DNA of 61,231 nucleotides, the filler included, from Circinaria calcarea (taxonomy: Eukaryota), in the NCBI GenBank assembly GCA_051942165.1. It is 10 parts of 10 records of this genome, joined end to end, with 100 filler letters (N's around TTAATTAATTAA, not from the genome) between each part and the next. Parts side by side here need not be neighbours in the genome. Positions count along the whole stretch, not along the records: positions 55,210 to 61,231 come from JAVECS010001699.1; 9 more parts are not named here. The stretch is one strand, 5' to 3'. Positions 60,278-61,231 of the stretch are shown here, piece by piece (positions within the stretch are counted from its first letter, which is position 1; every line of letters begins with the position of its first letter). A program made the position numbers and the translations under genes. The notes beneath the pieces were generated by a model, which was not told the origin of the DNA, made no database searches, and worked only from the letters and a program-made list of their open reading frames with translations.

Positions 60278-60681
60278 AATATATATACTGATCGCAGAGG
60301 ACATCTATTCAAGAGGAGAGGAGAGGGATTGGGTGGGGGTTTCTAGCTTCAGGAAGGAGTGGGTGTAGGTACTTCGGATCACCAGACCTCGGATCACCAG
60401 GATTGATGAGCACATGGCTTCCTTGCCTAGTAAAACGGGGAAAGGGGAGAGTAAGAGTGGAAGGTGGCTTTGCAAAGAATGTATGCTTTCAATTTCAGGC
60501 CGTTAGCTACCTACCTAAGCTTGCTTGTAGACAATCTCCAGCAGAGTCTCTTGGTGCAGAGAAAAGACCAGGTCTAGTCCCCCATCACATTCCCCCTCCG
60601 TGCAGCCTACTTATTCCACCACCACTTTGATCCCCCCTGTCTCTCGATGAAATCCTCCATCAAGCTGATATCTCCTCTCTC

Positions 60682-61231
60682 CTAAAACGCATTCCTCGGC
60701 CCCTTGGAATCGTTCCTTGGGCCCTGGCGTTCCGCATTCTGTAATCACAACAATCCCAATTAGCCTGATCCCAACAAATGCCTCATCCCCAGTTCCCTCC
60801 CTCTTCCCCTTTAAACACTGGACATGATAAACAAACTTACCTCCGTCTCCTGGATCACGCCCCCCTCAAGAATCTTAATCAAGCACTCATCCTCATTCGA
60901 CGTGCCGAATTGGTTCTCCAGCGTGGCTTTGCTGGCCGTGTCGAGGACGCCTTGGGCGCCGTGCCTGTTGCGCGAAAACACAAGTCAGCAATTTCCGAAG
61001 CGTCAGCGAGGACAAAAACCTCCAAACTCCAGCGAGGGCGGCAAACGCAAGTGGGCGGAATGCCTCCCCCCCCCAGAAGAGCTCGATAGAAAAACATACT
61101 TGTGCGTCACAAAAATCTTAAAACCCGACACGACCTGGGCGAGCGGGATACTGCGGTCCTGGAGCCAGTTGCGAACCGCCTGGGCGTCGTCGACAAAGAT
61201 GACAAAGTCGTCGTCTTTGCCCGCCAGGTGC
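60682..61231 (-). CDS. RTC3: SBDS N-terminal domain protein Rtc3 (5' truncated)
   Basis: Spliced ..GKDDDFVIFVDD..WLQDRSIPLAQVVSGFKIFVTHKHGAQGVLDTASKATLENQFGTSNEDECLIKILEGG..ERQGPRNDSKG. Confidence 0.88.

Overview
This window is not one locus. It is ten unrelated ~6 kb contigs (6052, 6042, 6038, 6033, 6031, 6029, 6029, 6028, 6027 and 6022 bp, sorted by decreasing length) joined by an artificial 100-nt spacer (N44-TTAATTAATTAA-N44). The DNA is from a filamentous ascomycete (Pezizomycotina-type short GT-AG introns with CTRAC branch sites). Most content is housekeeping: TIM44, ECM31/panB, UBC8, a YANK/STK32-type kinase, VMA1, VPS1, MAS1, SDH4, UTP11, CMC1, RTC3, an ethanolamine kinase, a GRE2-like reductase, an AAA ATPase and zinc-finger proteins. 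Several of these are invisible to the ORF track because of introns and were spliced by hand. The most notable observations are: (1) an intronless 1273-aa protein fusing a permuted papain-like (PPPDE/LRAT-type) His/Cys peptidase to about eight WW domains, head-to-head with a small 4-TM membrane gene; (2) a 372-bp inversion between two inverted solo LTRs, shown by reciprocally swapped 5-bp target-site duplications; (3) a UBC8 gene that needs a 1-nt exon plus 3-nt and 8-nt exons; (4) a spliced, bacterial-like cold-shock-domain gene; (5) two solo-LTR families and a TA-targeting MITE family shared across contigs, one copy inside a calpain pseudogene. No database search was run; family assignments come from recognised motifs.
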